Source of the DNA: Paragordius varius
Taxonomy: Eukaryota > Animalia > Nematomorpha
Direction of reading: 5' to 3'
Length of the DNA stretch: 64,000 nt
Assembly: GCA_964247055.1 (NCBI GenBank)
Contig: OZ176050.1
Coordinates: 1,550,001-1,614,000, forward strand
Shown here: positions 27,240 to 41,849 of the stretch, one piece after another
How positions within the stretch are numbered: the stretch's first letter is position 1
Layout: every line of letters starts with the position of its first letter
Translations under genes and position numbers: made by a program
Notes under the pieces: model-generated
The model's input: the letters and a program-made list of their open reading frames with translations, nothing else
What the model was told of the DNA's origin: nothing
Database searches by the model: none

Positions 27240-30200
27240 CGATTTTTACAACGATACTTAAAAAATTATGGTATTAAACCAGACGTATCAATACTCAAGT
27301 TAAACTTTGTCCTTAAAAATCGGATATTGGTCACCGGTGAACAAAATTATTTATACATTCTCTTAGTAAGACTACATCAAAATATAGAGATAGTTTGACA
27401 AATTCATTCATATCCGATTTTTACAACGATATTTAAAAATTAATGTATTAAACTAGTCGCATCAATACTCAAGTTAAACTTTGTCCTTAAAAATCGGATA
27501 TTGGTCACCGGGGAACAAAATTATTTTTTATACTTTCTCTTAGTAAGACTACATCAAAATATAGAAATAGTTTGACAAACTTTTTCATATCCGATTTTTA
27601 CAACGATACTTTAAAAATTATGGTATTAAACCAGTCGCATCAATACTCAAGTTAAACTTTGTCCTTAAAAATCGGATATTGGTCACCGGTGAACAAAATT
27701 ATTTTTTATACATTCTCTTAGTAAGACTACATCAAAATATAGAGATAGTTTGACAAATTCATTCATATCCGATTTTTACAACGATATTTAAAAATTAATG
27801 TATTAAACTAGTCGCATCAATACTCAAGTTAAACTTTGTCCTTAAAAATCGGATATTGGTCACCGGTGAACAAAACTATTTTTTATACATTCTCTTAGTA
27901 AGACTACATCAAAATTTAGAGATAGTTTGACAACTCTTTCACATCCGATTTTTACAACGATACTTTAAAAATTAATGTATAAAATTAGTCGTATCAATAA
28001 ATCACATCAATACTCAAGTTAAACTTTGTCCTTAAAAATCGGATATTGGTCACCGGTGAACAAAATTATTTTTTATACATTCTCTTAGTAGGACTACATC
28101 AAAATATAGAGATAGTTTGGCAAACTCTTTCATATCCAATTTTTACAACGATACTTTAAAAATTAATGTATAAAACTAGTCGCATCAATACTCAAGTTAA
28201 ACTTTGTCCTTAAAAATCGGATATTGGTCACCGGTGAACAAATTATTTTTTATACATTCTCTTAGTAAGACTGCATCAAAATATAGAAATAGTTTGACAA
28301 ACTCTTTCACATCCGATTTTTACAACGTTACTTTAAAAATTAATGTATAAAACTAGTCGTATCAATAAATCGCATCAATACTCAAGTTAAACTTTGTCCT
28401 TAAAAATGGGATATTGGTCACCGGTGAACAAAATTATTTTTTTTACAACTCTTAGTAGGACTACATCAAAATATAGAGATAGTTTGACAAACTCTTTCAT
28501 ATCCGATTTTTACAACGATACTTTAAAAATTATGGTATTAAACCAGTCGCATCAATACTCAAGTTAAACTTTGTCCTTAAAAATCGGATATTGGTCACCG
28601 GTGAACAAAACTATTTTTTATACATTCTCTTAGTAAGACTACATCAAAATATAGAGATAGTTTGACAATCTCTTTCACATCCGATTTTTACAACGATACT
28701 TTAAAAATTAATGTATAAAACTAGTCGTATCAATAAATCGCATCAATACTCAAGTTAAACTTTGTCCTTAAAAATCGGATATTGGTCACCGGTGAACAAA
28801 ATTATTTTTTGTACATTCTCTTAGTAGGACTACATCAAAATATAGAGATAGTTTGGCAAACTCTTTCATATCCGATTTTTACAACGATACTTTAAAAATT
28901 AATGTATAAAACTAGTCGCATCAATACTCAAGTTAAACTTTGTCCTTAAAAATAGGATAATGGTCACCGGTGAACAAAATTATTTTTTATACATTCTCTT
29001 AGTAAGACTACATCAAAATATAGAAATAGTTTGACCTCTTTCATATCCGATTTTTACAACGATACTTTAAAAATTAATGTGTTAAACTAGTCGCATCAAT
29101 ACTCAAGTTAAACTTTGTCCTTAAAAATCGGATATTGGTCACCGGTGAACAAAATTAATTTTTATACATTCTCTTAGCAAGACTACATCAAAATATAGAG
29201 ATAGTTTGACAAACTCTTTCATATCCGATTTTTACAACGATACTTTAAAAAATAATGTATTAAACTAGTCGCATCAATACGTAAGCTAAACATTGTCCTT
29301 AAAAATCGGATATTGGTCACCGGTGAACAAAACTATTTTTTATACATTCTCTTAGTAAGACTACATCAAAATATAGAGATAGTTTGACAAACTCTTTCAC
29401 ATCCGATTTTTACAACGATACTTTTAAAATTAATGTATAAAACTAGTCGTATGATTAAATCACATCAATACTCAAGTTAAACTTTGTCCTTAAAAATCGG
29501 ATATTGGTCACCGGTGAACAAAATTATTTTTTATACATTCTCTTAGTAGGACTACATCAAAATATAGAGATAGTTTGGCAAACTCTTTCATATCCGATTT
29601 TTACAACGATACTTTAAAAATTATGGTATTAAACCAGACGTATCAATACTCAAGTTAAACTTTGTCCTTAAAAATCGGATATTGGTCACCGGTGAACAAA
29701 ATTATTTTTTATACATTCTCTTAGTAAGACTACATCAAAATATAGAGATAGTTTGACAAACTCTTTCATATCCGATTTTTACAACGATACTTTAAAAAAT
29801 AATGTATTAAACTAGTCGCACCAATACTCAAGTTAAACTTTGTTCTTAAAAATCGGATATTGGTCACCGGTGAACAAAATTATTTTTTATATATTCTCTT
29901 AGCAAGACTACATCAAAATATAGAGATAGTTTGACAAACTCTTTCATATCCGATTTTTACAACGATACTTTAAAAATTAATGTATAAAACTAGTCGTATC
30001 AATAAATCGCATCAATACTCAAGTTAAACTTTGTTTTTAAAAATCGGATATTGGTCACCGGTGAGCAAAATTATTTTTTATACATTCTCTTAGTAGGACT
30101 ACATCAAAATATAGAGATAGTTTGGCAAACTCTTTCATAATCGATTTTTACAACGATACTTTAAAAATTAATCTATAAAACTGGTCGCATCAATACTCAA

Positions 30201-33200
30201 GTTAAACTTTGTCCTTAAAAATCGGGGATTGGTCACCGGTGAACAAAATTATTTTTTATACATTCTCTTAGTAGGACTACATCAAAATATAGAGATAGTT
30301 TGGCAAACTCTTTCATATCCGATTTTTACAACGATACTTAAAAAATTATGGTATTAAACCAGACGTATCAATACTCAAGTTAAACTTTGTCCTTAAAAAT
30401 CGGATATTGGTCACCGGTGAACAAAATTATTTATACATTCTCTTAGTAAGACTACATCAAAATATAGAGATAGTTTGACAAATTCATTCATATCCGATTT
30501 TTACAACGATATTTAAAAATTAATGTATTAAACTAGTCGCATCAATACTCAAGTTAAACTTTTCCTTAAAAATCGGATATTGGTCACCGGGGAACAAAAT
30601 TATTTTTTATACTTTCTCTTAGTAAGACTACATCAAAATATAGAAATAGTTTGACAAACTTTTTCATATCCGATTTTTACAACGATACTTTAAAAATTAT
30701 GGTATTAAACCAGTCGCATCAATACTCAAGTTAAACTTTGTCCTTAAAAATCGGATATTGGTCACCGGTGAACAAAATTAATTTTTATACATTCTCTTAG
30801 CAAGACTACATCAAAATATAGAGATAGTTTGACAAACTCTTTCATATCCGATTTTTACAACGATACTTTAAAAAATAATGTATTAAACTAGTCGCATCAA
30901 TACGTAAGCTAAACATTGTCCTTAAAAATCGGATATTGGTCACCGGTGAACAAAACTATTTTTTATACATTCTCTTAGTAAGACTACATCAAAATATAGA
31001 GATAGTTTGACAAACTCTTTCACATCCGATTTTTACAACGATACTTTTAAAATTAATGTATAAAACTAGTCGTATGATTAAATCACATCAATACTCAAGT
31101 TAAACTTTGTCCTTAAAAATCGGATATTGGTCACCGGTGAACAAAATTATTTTTTATACATTCTCTTAGTAGGACTACATCAAAATATAGAGATAGTTTG
31201 GCAAACTCTTTCATATCCGATTTTTACAACGATACTTTAAAAATTATGGTATTAAACCAGACGTATCAATACTCAAGTTAAACTTTGTCCTTAAAAATCG
31301 GATATTGGTCACCGGTGAACAAAATTATTTTTTATACATTCTCTTAGTAAGACTACATCAAAATATAGAGATAGTTTGACAAACTCTTTCATATCCGATT
31401 TTTACAACGATACTTTAAAAAATAATGTATTAAACTAGTCGCACCAATACTCAAGTTAAACTTTGTTCTTAAAAATCGGATATTGGTCACCGGTGAACAA
31501 AATTATTTTTTATATATTCTCTTAGCAAGACTACATCAAAATATAGAGATAGTTTGACAAACTCTTTCATATCCGATTTTTACAACGATACTTTAAAAAT
31601 TAATGTATAAAACTAGTCGTATCAATAAATCGCATCAATAGTCAAGTTAAACTTTGTCCTTAAAAATCGGATATTGGTCACCGGTGAGCAAAATTATTTT
31701 TTATACATTCTCTTAGTAGGACTACATCAAAATATAGAGATAGTTTGGCAAACTCTTTCATAATCGATTTTTACAACGATACTTTAAAAATTAATCTATA
31801 AAACTGGTCGCATCAATACTCAAGTTAAACTTTGTCCTTAAAAATCGGGGATTGGTCACCGGTGAACAAAATTATTTTTTATACATTCTCTTAGTAGGAC
31901 TACATCAAAATATAGAGATAGTTTGGCAAACTCTTTCATATCCGATTTTTACAACGATACTTAAAAAATTATGGTATTAAACCAGACGTATCAATACTCA
32001 AGTTAAACTTTGTCCTTAAAAATCGGATATTGGTCACCGGTGAACAAAATTATTTATACATTCTCTTAGTAAGACTACATCAAAATATAGAGATAGTTTG
32101 ACAAATTCATTCATATCCGATTTTTACAACGATATTTAAAAATTAATGTATTAAACTAGTCGCATCAATACTCAAGTTAAACTTTTCCTTAAAAATCGGA
32201 TATTGGTCACCGGGGAACAAAATTATTTTTTATACTTTCTCTTAGTAAGACTACATCAAAATATAGAAATAGTTTGACAAACTTTTTCATATCCGATTTT
32301 TACAACGATACTTTAAAAATTATGGTATTAAACCAGTCGCATCAATACTCAAGTTAAACTTTGTCCTTAAAAATCGGATATTGGTCACCGGTGAACAAAA
32401 TTATTTTTTATACATTCTCTTAGTAAGACTACATCAAAATATAGAGATAGTTTGACAAATTCATTCATATCCGATTTTTACAACGATATTTAAAAATTAA
32501 TGTATTAAACTAGTCGCATCAATACTCAAGTTAAACTTTGTCCTTAAAAATCGGATATTGGTCACCGGTGAACAAAACTATTTTTTATACATTCTCTTAG
32601 TAAGACTACATCAAAATTTAGAGATAGTTTGACAAACTCTTTCACATCCGATTTTTACAACGATACTTTAAAAATTAATGTATAAAATTAGTCGTATCAA
32701 TAAATCACATCAATACTCAAGTTAAACTTTGTCCTTAAAAATCGGATATTGGTCACCGGTGAACAAAATTATTTTTTATACATTCTCTTAGTAGGACTAC
32801 ATCAAAATATAGAGATAGTTTGGCAAACTCTTTCATATCCAATTTTTACAACGATACTTTAAAAATTAATGTATAAAACTAGTCGCATCAATACTCAAGT
32901 TAAACTTTGTCCTTAAAAATCGGATATTGGTCACCGGTGAACAAATTATTTTTTATACATTCTCTTAGTAAGACTACATCAAAATATAGAAATAGTTTGA
33001 CGAACTCTTTCACATCCGATTTTTACAACGTTACTTTAAAAATTAATGTATAAAACTAGTCGTATCAATAAATCGCATCAATACTCAAGTTAAACTTTGT
33101 CCTTAAAAATGGGATATTGGTCACCGGTGAACAAAATTATTTTTTTTACAACTCTTAGTAGGACTACATCAAAATATAGAGATAGTTTGACAAACTCTTT

Positions 33201-36200
33201 CATATCCGATTTTTACAACGATACTTTAAAAATTAATGTATAAAATTAGTCGTATCAATAAATCACATCAATACTCAAGTTAAACTTTTCCTTAAAAATC
33301 GGATATTGGTCACCGGGGAACAAAATTATTTTTTATACTTTCTCTTAGTAAGACTACATCAAAATATAGAAATAGTTTGACAAACTTTTTCATATCCGAT
33401 TTTTACAACGATACTTTAAAAATTATGGTATTAAACCAGTCGCATCAATACTCAAGTTAAACTTTGTCCTTAAAAATCGGATATTGGTCACCGGTGAACA
33501 AAATTATTTTTTATACATTCTCTTAGTAAGACTACATCAAAATATAGAGATAGTTTGACAAATTCATTCATATCCGATTTTTACAACGATATTTAAAAAT
33601 TAATGTATTAAACTAGTCGCATCAATACTCAAGTTAAACTTTGTCCTTAAAAATCGGATATTGGTCACCGGTGAACAAAACTATTTTTTATACATTCTCT
33701 TAGTAAGACTACATCAAAATTTAGAGATAGTTTGACAAACTCTTTCACATCCGATTTTTACAACGATACTTTAAAAATTAATGTATAAAATTAGTCGTAT
33801 CAATAAATCACATCAATACTCAAGTTAAACTTTGTCCTTAAAAATCGGATATTGGTCACCGGTGAACAAAATTATTTTTTATACATTCTCTTAGTAGGAC
33901 TACATCAAAATATAGAGATAGTTTGGCAAACTCTTTCATATCCAATTTTTACAACGATACTTTAAAAATTAATGTATAAAACTAGTCGCATCAATACTCA
34001 AGTTAAACTTTGTCCTTAAAAATCGGATATTGGTCACCGGTGAACAAATTATTTTTTATACATTCTCTTAGTAAGACTACATCAAAATATAGAAATAGTT
34101 TGACGAACTCTTTCACATCCGATTTTTACAACGTTACTTTAAAAATTAATGTATAAAACTAGTCGTATCAATAAATCGCATCAATACTCAAGTTAAACTT
34201 TGTCCTTAAAAATGGGATATTGGTCACCGGTGAACAAAATTATTTTTTTTACAACTCTTAGTAGGACTACATCAAAATATAGAGATAGTTTGACAAACTC
34301 TTTCATATCCGATTTTTACAACGATACTTTAAAAATTAATGTATAAAATTAGTCGTATAAATAAATCACATCAATACTCAAGTTAAACTTTGTCCTTAAA
34401 AATCGGATATTGGTCACCGGTGAACAAAATTATTTTTTATACATTCTCTTAGTAGGACTACATCAAAATATAGAGATAGTTTGGCAAACTCTTTCATATC
34501 CAATTTTTACAACGATACTTTAAAAATTAATGTATAAAACTAGTCGCATCAATACTCAAGTTAAACTTTGTCCTTAAAAATCGGATATTGGTCACCGGTG
34601 AACAAATTATTTTTTATACATTCTCTTAGTAAGACTACATCAAAATATAGAAATAGTTTGACAAACTCTTTCACATCCGATTTTTACAACGTTACTTTAA
34701 AAATTAATGTATAAAACTAGTCGTATCAATAAATCGCATCAATACTCAAGTTAAACTTTGTCCTTAAAAATGGGATATTGGTCACCGGTGAACAAAATTA
34801 TTTTTTTTACAACTCTTAGTAGGACTACGTCAAAATATAGAGATAGTTTGACAAACTCTTTCATATCCGATTTTTACAACGATACTTTAAAAATTAATGT
34901 ATAAAATTAGTCGTATCAATAAATCACATCAATACTCAAGTTAAACTTTTCCTTAAAAATCGGATATTGGTCACCGGGGAACAAAATTATTTTTTATACT
35001 TTCTCTTAGTAAGACTACATCAAAATATAGAAATAGTTTGACAAACTTTTTCATATCCGATTTTTACAACGATACTTTAAAAATTATGGTATTAAACCAG
35101 TCGCATCAATACTCAAGTTAAACTTTGTCCTTAAAAATCGGATATTGGTCACCGGTGAACAAAATTATTTTTTATACATTCTCTTAGTAAGACTACATCA
35201 AAATATAGAGATAGTTTGACAAATTCATTCATATCCGATTTTTACAACGATATTTAAAAATTAATGTATTAAACTAGTCGCATCAATACTCAAGTTAAAC
35301 TTTGTCCTTAAAAATCGGATATTGGTCACCGGTGAACAAAACTATTTTTTATACATTCTCTTAGTAAGACTACATCAAAATTTAGAGATAGTTTGACAAA
35401 CTCTTTCACATCCGATTTTTACAACGATACTTTAAAAATTAATGTATAAAATTAGTCGTATCAATAAATCACATCAATACTCAAGTTAAACTTTGTCCTT
35501 AAAAATCGGATATTGGTCACCGGTGAACAAAATTATTTTTTATACATTCTCTTAGTAGGACTACATCAAAATATAGAGATAGTTTGGCAAACTCTTTCAT
35601 ATCCAATTTTTACAACGATACTTTAAAAATTAATGTATAAAACTAGTCGCATACTCAAGTTAAACTTTGTCCTTAAAAATCGGATATTGGTCACCGGTGA
35701 ACAAATTATTTTTTATACATTCTCTTAGTAAGACTACATCAAAATATAGAAATAGTTTGACGAACTCTTTCACATCCGATTTTTACAACGTTACTTTAAA
35801 AATTAATGTATAAAACTAGTCGTATCAATAAATCGCATCAATACTCAAGTTAAACTTTGTCCTTAAAAATGGGATATTGGTCACCGGTGAACAAAATTAT
35901 TTTTTTTACAACTCTTAGTAGGACTACATCAAAATATAGAGATAGTTTGACAAACTCTTTCATATCCGATTTTTACAACGATACTTTAAAAATTAATGTA
36001 TAAAATTAGTCGTATAAATAAATCACATCAATACTCAAGTTAAACTTTGTCCTTAAAAATCGGATATTGGTCACCGGTGAACAAAATTATTTTTTATACA
36101 TTCTCTTAGTAGGACTACATCAAAATATAGAGATAGTTTGGCAAACTCTTTCATATCCAATTTTTACAACGATACTTTAAAAATTAATGTATAAAACTAG

Positions 36201-38250
36201 TCGCATCAATACTCAAGTTAAACTTTGTCCTTAAAAATCGGATATTGGTCACCGGTGAACAAATTATTTTTTATACATTCTCTTAGTAAGACTACATCAA
36301 AATATAGAAATAGTTTGACAAACTCTTTCACATCCGATTTTTACAACGTTACTTTAAAAATTAATGTATAAAACTAGTCGTATCAATAAATCGCATCAAT
36401 ACTCAAGTTAAACTTTGTCCTTAAAAATGGGATATTGGTCACCGGTGAACAAAATTATTTTTTTTACAACTCTTAGTAGGACTACATCAAAATATAGAGA
36501 TAGTTTGACAAACTCTTTCATATCCGATTTTTACAACGATACTTTAAAAATTATGGTATTAAACCAGTCGCATCAATACTCAAGTTAAACTTTGTCCTTA
36601 AAAATCGGATATTGGTCACCGGTGAACAAAACTATTTTTTATACATTCTCTTAGTAAGACTACATCAAAATATAGAGATAGTTTGACAAACTCTTTCACA
36701 TCCGATTTTTACAACGATACTTTAAAAATTAATGTATAAAACTAGTCGTATCAATAAATCGCATCAATACTCAAGTTAAACTTTGTCCTTAAAAATCGGA
36801 TATTGGTCACCGGTGAACAAAATTATTTTTTGTACATTCTCTTAGTAGGACTACATCAAAATAGAGAGATAGTTTGGCAAACTCTTTCATATCCGATTTT
36901 TACAACGATACTTTAAAAATTAATGTATAAAACTAGTCGCATCAATACTCAAGTTAAACTTTGTCCTTAAAAATAGGATAATGGTCACCGGTGAACAAAA
37001 TTATTTTTTATACATTCTCTAAGTAAGACTACATCAAAATATAGAAATAGTTTGACCTCTTTCATATCCGATTTTTACAACGATACTTTAAAAATTAATG
37101 TGTTAAACTAGTCGCATCAATACTCAAGTTAAACTTTGTCCTTAAAAATCGGATATTGGTCACCGGTGAACAAAATTAATTTTTATACATTCTCTTAGCA
37201 AGACTACATCAAAATATAGAGATAGTTTGACAAACTCTTTCATATCCGATTTTTACAACGATACTTTAAAAAATAATGTATTAAACTAGTCGCATCAATA
37301 CGTAAGCTAAACATTGTCCTTAAAAATCGGATATTGGTCACCGGTGAACAAAACTATTTTTTATACATTCTCTTAGCAAGACTACATGAAAATATAGAGA
37401 TAGTTTGACAAACTCTTTCACATCCGATTTTTACAACGATACTTTTAAAATTAATGTATAAAACTAGTCGTATCATTAAATCACATCAATACTCAAGTTA
37501 AACTTTGTCCTTAAAAATCGGATATTGGTCACCGGTGAACAAAATTATTTTTTATACATTCTCTTAGTAGGACTACATCAAAATATAGAGATAGTTTGGC
37601 AAACTCTTTCATATCCGATTTTTACAACGATACTTTAAAAATTATGGTATTAAACCAGACGTATCAATACTCAAGTTAAACTTTGTCCTTAAAAATCGGA
37701 TATTGGTCACCGGTGAACAAAATTATTTTTTATACATTCTCTTAGTAAGACTACATCAAAATATAGAGATAGTTTGACAAACTCTTTCATATCCGATTTT
37801 TACAACGATACTTTAAAAAATAATGTATTAAACTAGTCGCACCAATACTCAAGTTAAACTTTGTTCTTAAAAATCGGATATTGGTCACCGGTGAACAAAA
37901 TTATTTTTTATATATTCTCTTAGCAAGACTACATCAAAATATAGAGATAGTTTGACAAACTCTTTCATATCCGATTTTTACAACGATACTTTAAAAATTA
38001 ATGTATAAAACTAGTCGTATCAATAAATCGCATCAATACTCAAGTTAAACTTTGTCCTTAAAAATCGGATATTGGTCACCGGTGAGCAAAATTATTTTTT
38101 ATACATTCTCTTAGTAGGACTACATCAAAATATAGAGATAGTTTGGCAAACTCTTTCATAATCGATTTTTACAACGATACTTTAAAAATTAATCTATAAA
38201 ACTGGTCGCATCAATACTCAAGTTAAACTTTGTCCTTAAAAATCGGATAT
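27240..38250 (+). repeat. 17-mer HOR (about 3080 bp) with a 9-mer derivative (1623 bp) and internal 3-/6-/9-mer expansions (558/1103/1661 bp)
   Basis: agacgta at 27281/30361/31984; gtaagc at 29281/30904; aaaatttag at 27911/32613/33716/35377; distal half recurs at offset 8021 (tttgtac 28811/36832; tttgacctc 29030/37051). Confidence 0.85.
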
Positions 38251-41200
38251 TGGTCACCGGGGAACAAAATTATTTTTTATACATTCTCTTAGTAAGACTA
38301 CATCAAAATATAGAAATAGTTTGACAAATTCTTTCATATCCGATTTTTACAACGATACTCTAAAAATTAATGTATTAAACTAGTCGCATCAATACTCAAG
38401 TTAAACTTTTTTCCTTAAAAATCGGATATTGGTCACCGGTGTACAAAATTATTTTTTATACATTCTCTTAGCAAGACTACATCAAAATATAGAGATAGTT
38501 TGACAAACTCTTTCATATCCGATTTTTACAACGATACTTTAAAAATTAATGTATAAAACTAGTCGTATCAATAAATCGCATCAATACTCAAGTTAAACTT
38601 TGTCCTTAAAAATCGGATATTGGTCACCGGTGAACAAAATTATTTTTTATACATTCTCTTAGTAGGACTACATCAAAATATAGAGATAGTTTGGCAAAAT
38701 CTTTCATATCCGATTTTTACAACGATACTTTAAAAATTATGGTATTAAACCAGACGTATCAATACTCAAGTTAAACTTTGTCCTTAAAAATCGGATATTG
38801 GTCACCGGTGAACAAAATTATTTTTTATACATTCTCTTAGTAAGACTACATCAAAATATAGAGATAGTTTGACAAATTCATTCATATCCGATTTTTACAA
38901 CGATATTTAAAAATTAATGTATTAAACTAGTCGCATCAATACTCAAGTTAAACTTTGTCCTTAAAAATCGGATATTGGTCACCGGGGAACAAAATTATTT
39001 TTTATACATTCTCTTAGTAAGACTACATCAAAATATAGAAATAGTTTGACAAACTTTTTCATATCCGATTTTTACAACGATACTTTAAAAATTATGGTAT
39101 TAAACCAGTCGCATCAATACTCAAGTTAAACTTTGTCCTTAAAAATCGGATATTGGTCACCGGTGAACAAAATTATTTTTTATACATTCTCTTAGTAAGA
39201 CTACATCAAAATATAGAAATAGTTTGACAAATTCTTTCATATCCGATTTTTACAACGATACTTTAAAAATTAATGTATTAAACTAGTCGCATCAATACTC
39301 AAGTTAAACTTTGTCCTTAAAAATCGGATATTGGTCACCGGTGAACAAAATTATTTTTTATACATTCTCTTAGCAAGACTACATCAAAATATAGAGATAG
39401 TTTGACAAACTCTTTCATATCCGATTTTTACAACGATACTTTAAAAATTAATGTATAAAACTAGTCGTATCAATAAATCGCATCAATACTCAAGTTAAAC
39501 TTTGTCCTTAAAAATCGGATATTGGTCACCGGTGAACAAAATTATTTTTTATACATTCTCTTAGTAGGACTACATCAAAATATAGAGATAGTTTGGCAAA
39601 ATCTTTCATATCCGATTTTTACAACGATACTTTAAAAATTATGGTATTAAACCAGACGTATCAATACTCAAGTTAAACTTTGTCCTTAAAAATCGGATAT
39701 TGGTCACCGGTGAACAAAATTATTTTTTATACATTCTCTTAGTAAGACTACATCAAAATATAGAGATAGTTTGACAAATTCATTCATATCCGATTTTTAC
39801 AACGATATTTAAAAATTAATGTATTAAACTAGTCGCATCAATACTCAAGTTAAACTTTGTCCTTAAAAATCGGATATTGGTCACCGGGGAACAAAATAAT
39901 TTTTTATACATTCTCTTAGTAAGACTACATCAAAATATAGAAATAGTTTGACAAATTCTTTCATATCCGATTTTTACAACGATACTTTAAAAATTAATGT
40001 ATTAAACTAGTCGCATCAATACTCAAGTTAAACTTTGTCCTTAAAAATCGGATATTGGTCACCGGTGAACAAAATTATTTTATATACATTCTCTTAGCAA
40101 GACTACATCAAAATATAGAGATAGTTTGACAAACTCTTTCATATCCGATTTTTACAACGATACTTTAAAAATTAATGTATAAAACTAGTCGTATCAATAA
40201 ATCGCATCAATACTCAAGTTAAACTTTGTCCTTAAAAATCGGATATTGGTCACCGGTGAACAAAATTATTTTTTATACATTCTCTTAGTAGGACTACATC
40301 AAAATATAGAGATAGTTTGGCAAAATCTTTCATATCCGATTTTTACAACGATACTTTAAAAATTATGGTATTAAACCAGACGTATCAATACTCAAGTTAA
40401 ACTTTGTCCTTAAAAATCGGATATTGGTCACCGGTGAACAAAATTATTTTTTATACATTCTCTTAGTAAGACTACATCAAAATATAGAGATAGTTTGACA
40501 AATTCATTCATATCCGATTTTTACAACGATATTTAAAAATTAATGTATTAAACTAGTCGCATCAATACTCAAGTTAAACTTTGTCCTTAAAAATCGGATA
40601 TTGGTCACCGGGGAACAAAATAATTTTTTATACATTCTCTTAGTAAGACTACATCAAAATATAGAAATAGTTTGACAAACTTTTTCATATCCGATTTTTA
40701 CAACGATACTTTAAAAATTATGGTATTAAACCAGTCGCATCAATACTCAAGTTAAACTTTGTCCTTAAAAATCGGATATTGGTCACCGGTGAACAAAATT
40801 ATTTTATATACATTCTCTTAGTAAGACTACATCAAAATATAGAAATAGTTTGACAAATTCTTTCATATCCGATTTTTACAACGATACTTTAAAAATTAAT
40901 GTATTAAACTAGTCGCATCAATACTCAAGTTAAACTTTGTCCTTAAAAATCGGATATTGGTCACCGGTGAACAAAATTATTTTTTATACATTCTCTTAGC
41001 AAGACTACATCAAAATATAGAGATAGTTTGACAAACTCTTTCATATCCGATTTTTACAACGATACTTTAAAAATTAATGTATAAAACTAGTCGTATCAAT
41101 AAATCGCATCAATACTCAAGTTAAACTTTGTCCTTAAAAATCGGATATTGGTCACCGGTGAACAAAATTATTTTTTATACATTCTCTTAGTAAGACTATA

Positions 41201-41800
41201 TCAAAATATAGAGATAGTTTGACAAATTCATTCATATCCGATTTTTACAACGATATTTAAAAATTAATGTATTAAACTAGTCGCATCAATACTCAAGTTT
41301 AACTTTGTCCTTAAAAATCGGATATTGGTCACCGGGGAACAAAATTATTTTTTATACATTCTCTTAGTAAGACTACATCAAAATATAGAAATAGTTTGAC
41401 AAACTTTTTCATATCCGATTTTTACAACGATACTTTAAAAATTATGGTATTAAACCAGTCGCATCAATACTCAAGTTAAACTTTGTCCTTAAAAATCGGA
41501 TATTGGTCACCGGTGAACAAAATTATTTTATATACATTCTCTTAGTAAGACTACATCTAAATATAGAAATAGTTTGACAAATTCTTTCATATCCGATTTT
41601 TACAACGATACTTTAAAAATTAATGTATTAAACTAGTCGCATCAATACTCAAGTTAAACTTTGTCCTTAAAAATCGGATATTGGTCACCGGTGAACAAAA
41701 TTATTTTTTATACATTCTCTTAGCAAGACTACATCAAAATATAGAGATAGTTTGACAAACTCTTTCATATCCGATTTTTACAACGATACTTTAAAAATTA
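38250..41800 (+). repeat. Alternating 5-mer (902 bp) and 4-mer (724 bp) HOR
   Basis: ggcaaaatc variant at 38693/39595/40319. Confidence 0.8.
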
Positions 41801-41849
41801 ATGTATAAAATTAGTTGTATCAATAAATCGCATCAATACTCAAGTTAAA

